Source of the DNA: Myxococcota bacterium
GTDB lineage: Bacteria > Myxococcota_A > UBA9042 > PHBI01 > JAWLBL01
NCBI GenBank assembly: GCA_041687695.1
Contig: JAWLBL010000010.1
Coordinates: 192,865-256,864 of the forward strand
DNA: 64,000 nucleotides
Direction: 5' to 3'
How positions within the stretch are numbered: position 1 is the first letter of the stretch; every line of letters begins with the position of its first letter. The notes beneath the pieces are model-generated. The model worked only from the letters and a program-made list of their open reading frames with translations. It was not told the origin of the DNA and ran no database searches. Below, piece after piece: positions 63,668 to 64,000 of the stretch. The position numbers were made by a program, and so were the translations under genes.

Positions 63668-64000
63668 GTCGTCCCGGGGCGGGTTGCCCAGGTCGTCGTC
63701 CCGGGGCGGGTTGCCGCGGTCGTCGTCCCGGGGCGGAAAGCCCAGGTCGTCGTCCCGGGGCGGGAGCGGGTCGTCGTCCCGGGGCGGGAGTCCGGGTCGT
63801 CGTCCCGGGGCGGGTTGCCGCGGTCGTCGTCCCGGGGCGGGTTGCCGCGGTCGTCGTCCCGGGGCGGGTTGCCGCGGTCGTCGTCCCGGGGCGGGAGTCC
63901 GGGTCGTCGTCCCGGGGCGGGTTGCCGCGGTCGTCGTCCCGGGGCGGGTTGCCGCGGTCGTCGTCCCGGGGCGGGTTGCCGCGGTCGTCGTCCCGGGGCG
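63668..64000. repeat. Array of at least 13 copies of a 20-bp core GGTCGTCGTCCCGGGGCGGG with 4-8 bp variable linkers (truncated by window end)
   Basis: Units at 63668 (partial), 63691, 63718, 63745, 63769, 63795, 63822, 63849, 63876, 63902, 63929, 63956, 63983 (partial); periods 24, 26 and 27 bp. Confidence 0.92.

Noticed and set aside
63205..63668. Short ORFs over the G-rich repeats and hairpins
   Set aside because: Translations merely mirror the repeats; no RBS or codon-bias support.
63668..64000. CRISPR array
   Set aside because: Linkers are only 4-8 bp and recur; no unique ~30-bp spacers and no cas genes in the window.

Overview
Very GC-rich bacterial chromosome segment, most likely a Myxococcota/deltaproteobacterial lineage (inferred from a MYXO-CTERM-like tail, giant Cys-rich lipoproteins, a CglD-like VWA lipoprotein and the lysS-lolC/E-lolD-bamA-skp order). 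It is mostly housekeeping and envelope genes: hutI/hutH, a thiolase-hbd-crt-3x acyl-CoA dehydrogenase-B12-binding operon, dnaK, leuB/leuA-like genes, hisF-hisIE, lysS, Lol/Bam genes, ihfB, efp-epmA, trpA, ridA, and many secreted repeat proteins and peptidoglycan hydrolases. No prophage, transposase, rRNA, tRNA or CRISPR array was recognised. Most notable: (1) a DUF368/PopT-type undecaprenyl-phosphate translocase with a ~100-aa insert resembling a phage baseplate-J barrel domain; (2) a non-coding compound locus at the right end with G6 repeats, a nested hairpin element, an AT-rich IHF-like site and an array of 20-bp repeats with short variable linkers that runs off the window; (3) a 164-bp MITE-like rod hairpin with 14-bp TIRs and CGAG flanking duplication; (4) a PTS-EIIA/PII-like fusion coupled to a cation:proton antiporter; (5) repeated leaderless-mRNA promoter geometry; (6) an EpmA with an OB-like N-terminal extension. 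All calls come from motif recognition by eye; no database searches were run, and several start codons are uncertain.
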